DNA of 64,000 nucleotides, taken from an uncultured Planctomycetaceae bacterium. GTDB taxonomy: Bacteria; Planctomycetota; Planctomycetia; Pirellulales; PALSA-1355. The DNA lies in assembly GCA_963793635.1 (NCBI GenBank), contig CAWCAX010000004.1, forward strand, positions 25,951 to 89,950, given 5' to 3'. Below the pieces are notes generated by a model. That model worked only from the letters and a program-made list of their open reading frames with translations, was not told where the DNA came from and searched no databases. The position numbers were made by a program, and so were the translations under genes. Of the stretch, positions 48,906-64,000 are shown one piece after another; the stretch's first letter is position 1; every line of letters starts with the position of its first letter.

Positions 48906-49274
48906 ATGTCAAATACGCTTGATCCCCAGTCGAAACAAGATCGCCCGATTGAAAGAGACTGCTTCTCGTTCACCCTGCATGTCGCGGGGCACAAAGAGGC
49001 CACCGAAGATTTGGCAAACGCTTTGTTTGCGGCGGGCTGTGACGATGCCATTTTCGGGCAATGCGATGGGCAACTTTCCCTAGACTTTGAGCGAGTTGCC
49101 GACAGCTTCGCCGAAGCGATTCAAAGCGCGATCGCGAATGTCGAAAGTGTTCCTGGCCTAGGAGTGACCGAGGTTTTGCCTGAAGGGGCCCGGGTGATCT
49201 CGGAGGTTAACGCCTTTCTAAAAGTGCGGCGCGAGGGCAAAAGGAGTCGCTTTCGTGATCTGCTTGGCGACTAG
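48906..49274 (+). CDS. hypothetical protein with an 'AGCDDA' alpha/beta domain (possible antitoxin-like partner)
   Basis: MSNTLDPQSK..FSFTLHVAGHKEATEDLANALFAAGCDDAIFGQCDGQLSLDFERVADSFAEAIQSAIANVESV. A GGAAGGGG Shine-Dalgarno-like motif lies 7 nt upstream. Confidence 0.45.
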   Translation: MSNTLDPQSKQDRPIERDCFSFTLHVAGHKEATEDLANALFAAGCDDAIFGQCDGQLSLDFERVADSFAEAIQSAIANVESVPGLGVTEVLPEGARVISEVNAFLKVRREGKRSRFRDLLGD

Positions 49275-49296
49275 GTTGACGCGCACCAAACAGATG

Positions 49297-49332
49297 CGGC
49301 GGTGTCATTCCGATATGGCGCCGCCTTTTTTA
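49297..49332 (+). terminator. candidate intrinsic terminator
   Basis: GCGGCG (49297-49302) pairs with CGCCGC (49320-49325) across a 17-nt loop. C + T6 follows. It lies 23 nt after the stop at 49274. Confidence 0.4.
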
Positions 49333-49701
49333 CGCGCTGAATACACCGCCTCCGCTTTCCCTGCGGACAGCGGCCCGCTGCCTTGACGGCGCAGCGGTCT
49401 TATAACCCGTGTTAGAGAGCAGCACGCGCTGTCTGGGTTCGATTCCCCCTCTTTCCGCTAATCCCGCTTGGACTCGCGCTTGGCTGTACCACTTACCGCG
49501 GCATCGGCGCGATTGACGGCAGATGGCAGCCCCGGTAAAAAAGGGGGGTTGCCGATGGTCTGCTTGGGGCCGGCCTGGGTGGTTGGGGGCCGGTCGCCAC
49601 CGGCATCCGCCCGTACGGTGTAACTAGGCAACGCAAATAGCACCTAGGCGAATAGCGCAATACGCAAATATCGCTTTCATGACATACAGAGGAGTTCGAC
49701 T

Positions 49702-49895
49702 GTGAGTGGAATCAGCGATCGCGCCAGGAAATCAAGCGTCGCCGTAAGCGCCGCAAGAAGCTCACGAAACTCGCCGGCCGGCTCAAGAAAGCCACGGCGT
49801 CGGAAAAACTGGTCATCGTCACCAAACTGCGCAACATGACCCCGGGCGCCGAAGTGATCATTGAAAATTGGGGGCTTAAAGAAAGCGACCGCTAA
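49702..49895 (+). CDS. small Lys/Arg-rich protein (~64 aa); one frame correction near 49720
   Basis: A GGAG motif lies 7 nt before the GTG at 49702 (VSGISDR...). After a 1-nt shift the sequence reads QEIKRRRKRRKKLTKLAGRLKKATASEKLVIVTKLRNMTPGAEVIIENWGLKESDR*. The length is 194 nt (3n-1), which fits a single missing base. Confidence 0.5.
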
Positions 49896-49988
49896 GTCGC
49901 GGTGGGCCGGCGCCCGACGTGGGGCCGGTGAGCTTCCGATCCGGCGCGAAGCGGTGCTCGCTTGTCTTTCAGCGCCGCCCCCGATGCA

Positions 49989-50009
49989 CCGGCATTCGTT
50001 GAATGCCGG
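49989..50009. terminator. perfect 9-bp hairpin between convergent genes (possible bidirectional terminator)
   Basis: CCGGCATTC-GTT-GAATGCCGG. There is no adjacent T-run on either strand. Confidence 0.35.
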
Positions 50010-50087
50010 CTATTGTCGGCAAGGAAAACTCCCGCGCTCGGCACTTTTTCGTTCCGAGTTCCGCGTTCCCCGTTCCGAGTTTTCCCC

Positions 50088-52752
<2,665 letters not shown>

Positions 52753-52755
52753 CGG

Positions 52756-54675
<1,920 letters not shown>

Positions 54676-55075
54676 CTAATTTGCTCCTTTAGCCGTCGCC
54701 CGACAGGATCCCGCGGGGCTGGCCGAACAATTCGACTTTGCCGGGTCGAGATGCGGTTGATTGTCGTAGGGTTGGATTGCCGTTTTTTACTGACGGAACT
54801 CAAAATCCCCTACAACGCAAAGTCCATGCCACATTCAGGGCTAAATCGCTTGGCCCTGGGCGTATTCGCGGGTTAGCCGAATTGCAGGCGGTCTCGCTCA
54901 AGCGGTACCATTACGCCGGTCGTCCGCCGGCCTGCCAAATTGGCACCTGCCGGGCGCAAGGGCCGCTGCCCCGTCTGCCGCGAAGAGGCTGCGGGTTTCA
55001 AGTAGCCGGGCGGCGCGATCGCGCCGCGGCCGGCTCCGCCGGCAAACCGGAAACGTCTTTTGTGCAACCGGTCGC

Positions 55076-55116
55076 TTGACACTCGGAATTTACCCAAGTA
55101 CAAGGTGTCTCGACAC
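55076..55116 (+). promoter_or_regulatory. candidate sigma70-like promoter with an adjacent 12-bp palindrome upstream of pheA
   Basis: TTGACA (55076-55081), a 17-nt spacer, then TACAAG (55099-55104). GTGTC-TC-GACAC (55105-55116) follows immediately. The element lies about 65 nt upstream of the ATG at 55180. Confidence 0.3.
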
Positions 55117-55179
55117 TAATCGCACCGAGGGGACGGCTGAATTCTCAGTCGTCCGGCCCCCCTCTTGAGATGAACCGGC

Positions 55180-56304
55180 ATGGCGAAGGAGAAACCGGTC
55201 AAGAAGCCGGTCGCGGCCGCCGCCCGCGTCCGCCACCCTGCCGGCTCTGCGCGGCAAGATCGACCGCATCGACCAGGAACTGGTCAAGCTGATGAACGAT
55301 CGGGCCAAGCTGGCCCACGAGATCGGCAAACTCAAGACCGATGCCGGCATCTCCGCCTATGCGCCGGCTCGCGAGGACGAAGTGCTGGCCCGGGTGCTGA
55401 GCTGAATCGAGGTCCGCTCGACGAGCGCTGCATTCGATCGGTGTTTCGCGAGATCATCAGCGGCTCGCGAGCGCTGGAAAAAGAGCTGCGCGTCGCCTAC
55501 TTGGGGCCGGCCTACACCTACAGCCATCTGGCGGCAATCCACCGCTTCGGCCAAAGCGTCGAACTGGTGCCGGTCGGCAGCGATTCAAGCGGTGTTCGAA
55601 GAGGTCAATCGCCGGCATGCCGATTTTGGCATCGTGCCGGTCGAAAACTCGACCGACGGCCGGGTGGCCGACACGCTCGACATGTTCACCCGGCTGCCGG
55701 TGAAGATCTGCGGCGAAGTGCAGATGCGGATTCACCACAATCTGCTGGGCCGATGCACGCGCGACGAAGTCGAAGAGGTCTACAGCAAGCCGCAGGCGCT
55801 CTCGCAGTGCCGCAACTGGCTGGCCAAGCACTTGCCCGGCAGCGCGGACCGATCGAAGTGACCAGCACCACCACGGCCGCCCAGCTGGCACAGGAAAAGC
55901 CGGGGGCGGCGGCCATCGCCAGCGTGCAGGCCGGCATCCATTACGGACTCGAACGTGCTGGCCGCCGACATCGAGGACCAGTCGGGCAACCTCACCCGAT
56001 TTGCCGTGATCGGCGAGGAGACCGGCCCGCGGACCGGCAACGACAAGTGCGCCCTGATGTTCGAGATTGCCCACAAGCCGGGCAGCCTGGCCGACGCGAT
56101 GGCGATCTTCAAACGCAATCGCTTGAACCTGACCTGGATCGAATCGTTTCCCATTTCGCGGCCCGAAGGGGGCTATCTGTTCTTCATCGAAATGGAAGGG
56201 CACGAGCTCGACGCCCGGGTCCGCAAGGCGACCGCCGGCGCTGGCGCAAGGCGGTGCGGTTGGAAGTGCTCGGCTCCTATGCCAAGCTGGCGCCGGTCGA
56301 TTGA
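55180..56304 (+). CDS. pheA: bifunctional chorismate mutase / prephenate dehydratase (P-protein); at least 4 frame corrections
   Basis: Chorismate mutase piece: [27 protein letters not shown] (my own shifted read). Prephenate dehydratase pieces: [12 protein letters not shown] and [13 protein letters not shown] (55592..55861). ACT piece: [28 protein letters not shown] (55955..). Confidence 0.85.
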   Translation: MAKEKPVKKPVAAAARVRHPAGSARQDRPHRPGTGQADERSGQAGPRDRQTQDRCRHLRLCAGSRGRSAGPGAELNRGPLDERCIRSVFREIISGSRALEKELRVAYLGPAYTYSHLAAIHRFGQSVELVPVGSDSSGVRRGQSPACRFWHRAGRKLDRRPGGRHARHVHPAAGEDLRRSADADSPQSAGPMHARRSRRGLQQAAGALAVPQLAGQALARQRGPIEVTSTTTAAQLAQEKPGAAAIASVQAGIHYGLERAGRRHRGPVGQPHPICRDRRGDRPADRQRQVRPDVRDCPQAGQPGRRDGDLQTQSLEPDLDRIVSHFAARRGLSVLHRNGRARARRPGPQGDRRRWRKAVRLEVLGSYAKLAPVD

Positions 56305-56463
56305 GACGACACTACTCGAACGGCGGCTAAAAGCGTTGGACGCCGGCGGTATCCAGAATGCGGCGGCGGTTTTTCGCCCCTGTCCGCCGCCGCTCGATTC
56401 GCATACATTCAAGCGGATCGTCGAAGCTGCCGTTTTGCCGTTTTTCAGGTGGTAAGCGTCAAC

Positions 56464-57515
56464 GTGATCATCATTCTCAAGCCGGGCGTCACCGATCAGC
56501 AGATCGAGCACGTGGTCGAGCGCGTGGAGTCGCTCGGCCTGAAGGCCCATTTGAGCCGCGGCACCTATCGCACGATCATCGGCGTGATCGGCGACGAATC
56601 GCAACTCCGCGACGCGGCCGCTGCGGGCGATCCCCGGCGTGGCCGACGTCATTCCGGTCCTGCCCCCCTACAAGCTGGCCAGCAACGAAGCCCATCCCGA
56701 GCCGACGATCGTCGATGTGGCCGGCGTGAAGATCGGCGGCGGCAATCTGGCCATGATCGCCGGGCCTTGCGCGATCGAGGGTTTCGAGCGGCTCGACAGC
56801 ATCGCCGGCAGCGTGCGGGCCGCCGGGCGCCAACATCCTGCGCGGCGGCGCGTTCAAGCCGCGCACCAGCCCCTATGCCTATCAGGGCATGGGCGAAGAG
56901 GGGCTGAAGATCCTCCGCGACGTCGGCGACAAGCACGGCATGCCGGTGGTGACCGAGGTGATGGACCCGCGCCGCGTGGAAATGGTCGACCGCGTACGCC
57001 GACATGATCCAGATCGGCGCCCGCAACATGCAGAACTTCATGCTGCTGACCGAAGTCGGGCAGCACCCGCAAGCCGGTGCTGCTCAAACGCGGCATGAGC
57101 GCCACGATCGTCGACCTGCTGATGAGCGCCGAATACATCCTCGTCGCAGGGCAATCCCAACGTCGTGCTCTGCGAGCGCGGCATCAAGAGCTTCGACACC
57201 GCCACGCGCAACCTGTTCGACGTGGCGGCCGTGCCGGCCTGCAAGAACCTCAGCCATCTGCCGATCATCGTCGATCCGAGCCATGCCACGGGCCGGCCCG
57301 ATTTGATTCCCGCCTGTGCGCTGGCCGGCGTGGCGGCCGGGCGCCGACGGCGTCCACATCGAAGTCCACAATTGCCCGGAGCAGGCCATGTCGGACGGCC
57401 CGCAGGCCTTGCTGCCCGAGCAATACGCCGCGCTGGCCGCGCAGATCCGCGCGCTGGCCGCCTGTTGGGCAAGACGATTTCGCACCCCGTCGCAAATAGA
57501 GCACACGAAAGTCGC

Positions 57516-57519
<4 letters not shown>
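56464..57519 (+). CDS. 3-deoxy-7-phosphoheptulonate (DAHP) synthase, type I-beta with an N-terminal regulatory domain; at least 5 frame corrections
   Basis: N-terminal piece: [39 protein letters not shown]. Core pieces across several frames: [70 protein letters not shown]. Confidence 0.85.
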
Positions 57520-58861
<1,342 letters not shown>

Positions 58862-58997
58862 CCGATCCGCATGTGCGAGCCGCGCCGGATATCGATCCCG
58901 AGGGCGCGAACAGGATTTTGCGCAGTTCCTCGGCGCCGGACCACGATGCCGGATGTTTCGCTAATCGAGAGGAGGGCGGGTTGCTTTGCTACTGAGC

Positions 58998-59871
58998 ATG
59001 ACTGGCTTTGGCGAGGCGTCGCGCCAGAACGATTCGCTGGCCGTCGCCGTCGAAGTGCGCACGATCAACAGTCGCTACTTCAAGCTCACCGTGCGCTCCA
59101 ACGAAGGCTACTCGTCGCTCGAGCCGCAGATCGACGCGCAGGTGCGCCAGCACATCAAGCGCGGCACCGTGCAGGTCACGTTGCGCGTCGACCCGCAAGC
59201 GGCCCAGCGACGACTTTCGCATCAACGCGGCGGTGCTGGCTGGTTATCGCCGGCAGCTCGATGCGATCCGCCGCGATTGGGCTGCCACCGAGCCGGTCCG
59301 GCTCGAAGCCCTGCTGCAGCTGCCGGGCGTGATCGACGAAAGCGTGCGCGGGCTGAGCGACGTGCAAGCCGACTGGCCGCTGATCAAAGAGACGCTCGAA
59401 GCGGCGATGGGCAACATGGCCCACATGCGGGCCGAAGAAGGCCGGGCCATGGCCACCGACCTGGCCGCCAATTGCGCGGCGATCGCCGTGCAACTCGACC
59501 AGATCGATCGCCGCGCGCCCGAGGTGGCCGAGGCCTATCGGGCCCGGCTGACCGAGCGGCTGAAAAGACCCTGGCCGAATTCGACGTCACGCTCGGCGCC
59601 GGCGATCTGATCCGCGAGGTCAGCATCTACGCCGAGCGGAGCGATATTTCCGAAGAGATCGTCCGACTGCGGAGCCACCTGGAACAGTTCGCGGCGATCA
59701 TGACGCTTGGAAGAGAGCTCCGGCCGCAAGCTGGAGTTCCTGACCCAGGAAATGTTCCGCGAAACCAACACCATCGGCTCGAAGGCCAACGACGTGCAGA
59801 TCGCCCGGCACGTGATCGAAATCAAGGCGGCCATCGAGCGGATGCGCGAAATGATCCAGAACGTCGAATAG
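58998..59871 (+). CDS. yicC: YicC-family stress-induced protein; 3 frame corrections
   Basis: The pieces are [53 protein letters not shown], and my own shifted read [34 protein letters not shown]. Confidence 0.85.
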
Positions 59872-59904
59872 CAGGCAATCGCGATCGGACATTCGCCGAC
59901 GGCC

Positions 59905-60551
59905 GTGCCGAGACGCCCCTCGCTCGATGTCACTTCGCCAGCCCGCCGAGTCCCACCATCATCGCCAGCTCACCGCCGCAACGGCCGCAATTGCGTCGTC
60001 GATTTCCGGCCCCTCGGGGGCCGGCAAGACGACGCTGGTGAAGCGCGTGTTCGAGTGCTGCCCGCGGCTGGTGCCCAGCGTTTCGGCCACCACGCGGCCG
60101 CCCCGGCCCGGCGAGGTCGATGGGCGCGACTATCACTTTCTGTCGCCCGAGGAATTCGACCGGCGCCGGCAGCAGGGCGAATTCTCGAATGTTTCGAGGT
60201 TTTCGGCCAGGGCTACTGGTACGGCACGCTGGGGAGCGAGGTCACCCCTAGCCTGGCGGCCGGAAAGTGGGTAGTCTTAGAGATTGACGTGCAAGGCACC
60301 CTGGCCGTGCCAGAGCACTATCCCGACGCCATCACGATCTTCGTGCGCCCCGGTTCGATCGAGGAACTCGAGCGCCGGCTTCGCAACGGGGGACCGAATC
60401 GAGCGAGGCCATCGAGCGGCGGCTGGAAGTGGCCCGCCGCGAAATGGCCTGTGCCGACCGCTACCAGCACCAGGTGCTCAACGACGACGTCGACCGGGCC
60501 GTCCAGGAGATTTGCGACATTCTGATCCAAGAGGGAGTTCGACGCATGATC
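59905..60551 (+). CDS. gmk: guanylate kinase; about 3 frame corrections, C-terminal end uncertain
   Basis: The pieces are [35 protein letters not shown] (59927..), [14 protein letters not shown] (59905..) and [14 protein letters not shown] (60429..). The apparent read-through into rpoZ is discussed under rejected items. Confidence 0.8.
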
Positions 60552-60812
60552 GATGAACTGCGGGAAGAGGCCATCGTCAACAAGGTCGGCGGCCGATTCA
60601 AGCTGTCGACGCTGATTCAAAAGCGGCTGGTGGCCCTCAACGCCGGCAGCCGGCCGCTGGTCGATCTGAAGACCGACAACAAGCTCGAGATCGTGATCCA
60701 GGAGATCATCCAGGACAAGATCTATCTCGACACCGTCGAGCCAATCTGCAGATCACCGGCGAGAACGCCGGGCGAAGGCGGCCCGCCGGAACTGGATTTG
60801 GCGAATCTATAA
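60546..60812 (+). CDS. rpoZ: DNA-directed RNA polymerase subunit omega
   Basis: A GAGGGAG motif lies 8 nt upstream of the ATG at 60546. The protein reads [51 protein letters not shown]. The gmk-rpoZ order is conserved in many bacteria. Confidence 0.75.
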   Translation: MIDELREEAIVNKVGGRFKLSTLIQKRLVALNAGSRPLVDLKTDNKLEIVIQEIIQDKIYLDTVEPICRSPARTPGEGGPPELDLANL

Positions 60813-60823
60813 TCCCACGACGC

Positions 60824-62051
60824 ATGCACGGCCGTGAGCTCATCGTCGGCGTCAGCGGCGGCATTGCCGCCTACAAGACCGCGGCCTTGGTCAGCCGATT
60901 GGTGCAGGCCGGGGCGGGCGTCAGCGTCGTGCTGACGCCTGCGGCCCGCGAGTTCATCGGCCCGGCCACGTTCGCCGCGCTGACCGGCCGGCCGGTGCTC
61001 GAGCATACTTTCGACGACCACGCGCATCCGCTGGGCGCCCACATCGAGCTGGCCGAACGCGGCCGAACTGCTGTGCGTGGCGCCGGCCACGGCCAACTTG
61101 CTGGCCAAGGCCGCCACACGGCCTGGCCGACGATCTGCTCAGCACGCTGCTCTTGTCGTTCACCGGGCCCGTCTTGCTGGCGCCGGCCATGAACTGCGAG
61201 ATGTGGGAGAAGCCGGCCGTGCAGCGCAACGTCGCCCAACTGCGGGACGACGGCTGTCCACTTCGTCGGCCCCGACGAGGGCTGGCTCAGTTGCCGCCAA
61301 CGGGCATCGGCCGCATGGCCGCAGCCCGAGCAATTTACGCCGCGATCGCCGAACTGCTCGGCGGACGCGAGCGCTGCCATCGAACCACCAGCCTCTAACG
61401 CTCCGGTTCTGCGATCTGTGGCCCGCATCCTGATCACTTCCGGTCCGACGCGGCAGTATCTCGACCCGGTGCGCTATTTGACCAATGCTTCGAGCGGGCG
61501 GATGGGCCAGGCCCTGGCCGAGGCGGCGCTGGACGCCGGGCACGAGGTGATGATCGTCAGCGGGCCGGTCGAGGTCGATTATCCGGCGCGCGTGCCGGGT
61601 GCATGTCCGGTCGTTTCGACCGAAGAGATGCTGGCGGCTTGCCAGGACTTGTTTGCCGAGTGCGACGGGCTGATCGGCGTGGCCGCGCCGTGCGACTATC
61701 GGCCGGTGAGGGTCGCGCCCAACAAGATCGCCAAGACCGGCGAACCGCTCGAGCTGCACTTGATCGAAACCGACGACGTCGTGGCCACGCTCGGCGCGAC
61801 CAAGACAGCGTCAATGGCTGGTCGGCTTTGCCCTGGAAACCGAGGATCATCGCCTGCGGGCCTTGGCCAAGCTGGAAAAGAAACACTGCGACCTGATGGT
61901 CCTCAACGGGCCCGAGGCCATGAACTCGCTGGACAACTCGGTCGAAATCATGGACCCCGAGGGCCAGGTCGTCGAGAGCGATTGCCGGGTCGAAGGAAGA
62001 CGTCGCGAGGCGAATTTTCGCCGTCATTCAACAGCGTTTGATCGAACAATA
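60824..62051 (+). CDS. coaBC: bifunctional phosphopantothenoylcysteine decarboxylase / phosphopantothenate-cysteine ligase; at least 4 frame corrections
   Basis: CoaC pieces: LIVGVSGGIAAYKTAALVSRLVQAG and LAPAMNCEMWEKPAVQRNV. CoaB pieces: ILITSGPTRQYLDPVRYLTNASSGRMG and my own shifted read GFALETED..KHCDLMVLN. The stop TAA is at 62049-62051. Confidence 0.9.
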
Positions 62052-62106
62052 AGAATGACCCGTTTATCCCGTTAAGCCCGCGGGAAGCTTCCCGTGGGAG
62101 CCACCG

Positions 62107-63990
62107 CTAGATACGCCTCGCCGGAGCCAGCACGACCGTGGCACGGCCGGGAATCCGCCAATTGAACTCGTCGGAGTCGAGCTGCGACGTGCCCGATCCG
62201 CCGTACTTCGGCCACTCGCTCGACCACAAGGTTTGCCACGCCGCGTCGGCGGGGGGCGCCAAGAGCGGCTCTGGCGCGGGATCGAACCGCACGTCGCGGC
62301 CCAGGTTCACGACCACCAGTCGGTCGTCGCTGGCGGTTCCGAAGTAGCGCAGCACGAAGGCCTCGTCGTCCAGGACCGCCCCGTGCAGTCGATCACCGCG
62401 CTGGGCGCGAAACACCGAATCCTCGCGCCGCAGCTTAAGTAGATCGGAGTGTAAGGCATACACTTCAACGTGCGACTTGCGATCGGAGAAATCGAGCTTG
62501 CAGCGCTCAAAGGTGGCGATGCTCTCGGGGTCGTTCAAGGCGGCCTGCATCTCCTGGCTCGCCACGCTGGGGAAATTCTTCAAGAACTCGAAGCGCCCCT
62601 TGCGCACCAGTTTGGCCAGCTCCGGTTCGTGGTCGGCGAAATAGAGAAACGGCGCCCGGGCCGCGAATTCCTGTCCTTGAAAAAACATCGGCGTGCCGGG
62701 AGCCAGCAGCCACAGCGCCGTCATGGCCCGATATTGCGCGCCCGAGGTGAGCTGGTGAATTCGCAGACCGCGAGCCGAGTTAGCGACCTGGTCGTGGTTT
62801 TCCAGAAAAGTGACGAACTGCGCCGCCGGAATGTCGAAGGCCGGCGTGCCGCGCCGGTTCTGTTGCACCTGGCAGCGCTGCCCCTGAAACAGATAGCCCC
62901 ACTTCATTGCCGAGATCAACTCCTGCGGCGTGCCGCGGTAGTCGGCGTAGTAGTATTCATTGCGGCCGGTGAGGGCCACGAAGGCCGAATGTTGGAAATC
63001 GTCGTTCCACAGGCCGTCCATTCCGTAGCCGCCCGCGTCCGGCGCCCGCACCTGCCGGGCTTCCTGCCGTTCGTTCTCCGAAAATATTAGCGTGTCGCGT
63101 CCGCCGGCCGCCGTGCGCGGACTCGGCTGCGAAATCTCGGCCAACACGTGGGGCGTCGAACTGTCGTGGATCGCCTGCGTCGCATCGAGCCGCAGGCCGT
63201 CGAGCCGGAACTCGTCGATCCAGTAGCCGGCGTTGGCGATGAAAAATTCGCGCACGCCCTGGCAATGCTCGCCGTCGAAGTTGAGCGACTCGCCCCATTC
63301 GTTGGCGCGCTCGCGTGCATGAAATCTTCGGCAAACGAACGCACATAGTTACCGCTGGGACCGAAGTGGTTGTAGACCACGTCCAGGATCACCCCCAGCC
63401 CGACCGCGTGAGCGTCGTCGACAAAGCGGCGAAAAGTCGTCGGGCGTGCCATACAACCGCGTCGGCGCAAACAGGTCGACTCCGTCGTATCCCCAGCCGA
63501 AGCGGCCCGGAAACTCGTCCACCGGCATGACCTCGATCAGCGTGATGCCCAAGCGGGCCAGTTCGCCGAGCTCGCACGCGGCCGCGGCAAAGGTGCCCTC
63601 CTGCGTGAACGTGCCGACGTGCATTTCATAGAGTACCTGGCCCGCGAGCCGCACGCCCGGCCAATCGGCCGTGTGCCACGGGTAACGATTGGGATCGACA
63701 ACTTCGCTCGGCCCGTGCACGCCCTCGGGCTGCCGGCGCGAAGCCGGATCGGGCAGCAATAGCGGATTACCGTCGAGGCGGAATCGGTATCGCGAACCGA
63801 CATGGGCTTCGGCGGCCAATGCTGACCAGTGGCCGGTCTGTTCGCGTTCTAACAGGACGGTGTTGGCTGAAAGTTTAGTCCCCTCGGCGGCCTCCAAAAC
63901 GAGCTCCACTTGATTGCGGCGCGGGGCCCAAACACGAAAATGCACGCCTCCGCCGGGCTGAATTTCGGCTCCAATCGGCAAGCGACGCAA
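62107..63990 (-). CDS. treZ: malto-oligosyltrehalose trehalohydrolase-like GH13 enzyme; at least 3 frame corrections
   Basis: The N-terminal piece is [38 protein letters not shown] (63349..63990). The next piece is [16 protein letters not shown] (63087..63470). The last is [19 protein letters not shown] (62107..63255). The start uses TTG and may lie further upstream. Confidence 0.85.
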
Positions 63991-64000
63991 GGGCTGGCTC

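Noticed and set aside
49364-49460. An intact (class II or Sec-like, ~94-nt) tRNA gene ending at the T-loop-like motif.
   Set aside because: The forced fold gives only a 6/7 acceptor pairing. The T-stem has 3 of 5 pairs, the D-loop has no GG, the anticodon stem has a mismatch, and the anticodon (TAT) is incompatible with a long variable arm. It is better explained as a 3' fragment.
54676-54900. A CIRCE/HrcA operator or a sigma32-type heat-shock promoter upstream of dnaK.
   Set aside because: There is no TTAGCACTC-N9-GAGTGCTAA-like inverted repeat. I could find no convincing CTTGAAA/CCCCATNT pair on the minus strand. Only a good Shine-Dalgarno motif (AAAGGAG) is evident.
59905-60812. An apparent in-frame gmk-rpoZ fusion, with no stop between ...[10 protein letters not shown] and MIDELREE....
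   Set aside because: A GAGGGAG ribosome-binding site sits 8 nt before the rpoZ ATG. In the +1 frame the sequence reads ...REFDA-TGA, overlapping the ATG (ATGA), which is the usual coupled arrangement. A single indel in the nearby G/A run would create the false fusion.

Overview
This is a 64-kb high-GC bacterial chromosomal segment. The gene content (a DUF1080 protein, a GxxExxY nuclease cassette, many secreted or TAT-signal proteins, short dispersed purine-rich repeats) fits Planctomycetota, but that assignment is inference only. I can support about 58 protein-coding genes. I see no rRNA, no intact tRNA and no CRISPR array. Most of the window is housekeeping: a proA fragment, carA, serS, clpS, rdgB, cinA, clpB, dnaK, pheA, DAHP synthase, tpiA, secG, yicC, gmk, rpoZ, coaBC, treZ, two phosphohexomutases and envelope/glycan genes. 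Roughly half of the recognisable genes, including essential ones, can only be read by switching reading frame one or more times. Two breaks that I traced to the nucleotide sit in short G runs, so I treat the breaks as indel errors in the sequence rather than pseudogenes. All coordinates of such genes are outer boundaries. Two clusters stand out as poorly described systems. (i) 2233-7810 (-) encodes an FHA-EAL protein, an AAA+ ATPase and a ~1000-aa Ser/Thr kinase fused to a tubulin/FtsZ-like GTPase. (ii) 13582-17835 (+) encodes a coiled-coil protein, an FGE/SUMF1-domain protein, a zinc-ribbon small GTPase and a large partner that resembles the GTPase-associated proteins of NTPase-centred conflict systems. 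Smaller observations are: a GxxExxY gene bracketed by 26-bp inverted repeats, a cysteine-rich secreted protein, an AT-richer islet (about 47.6-49.9 kb) with small coupled gene pairs and a tRNA-like 3' fragment, an orphan intrinsic terminator next to carA, and several tandem or dispersed short repeats. No homology searches were possible, so all family calls rest on motifs read from the translations.
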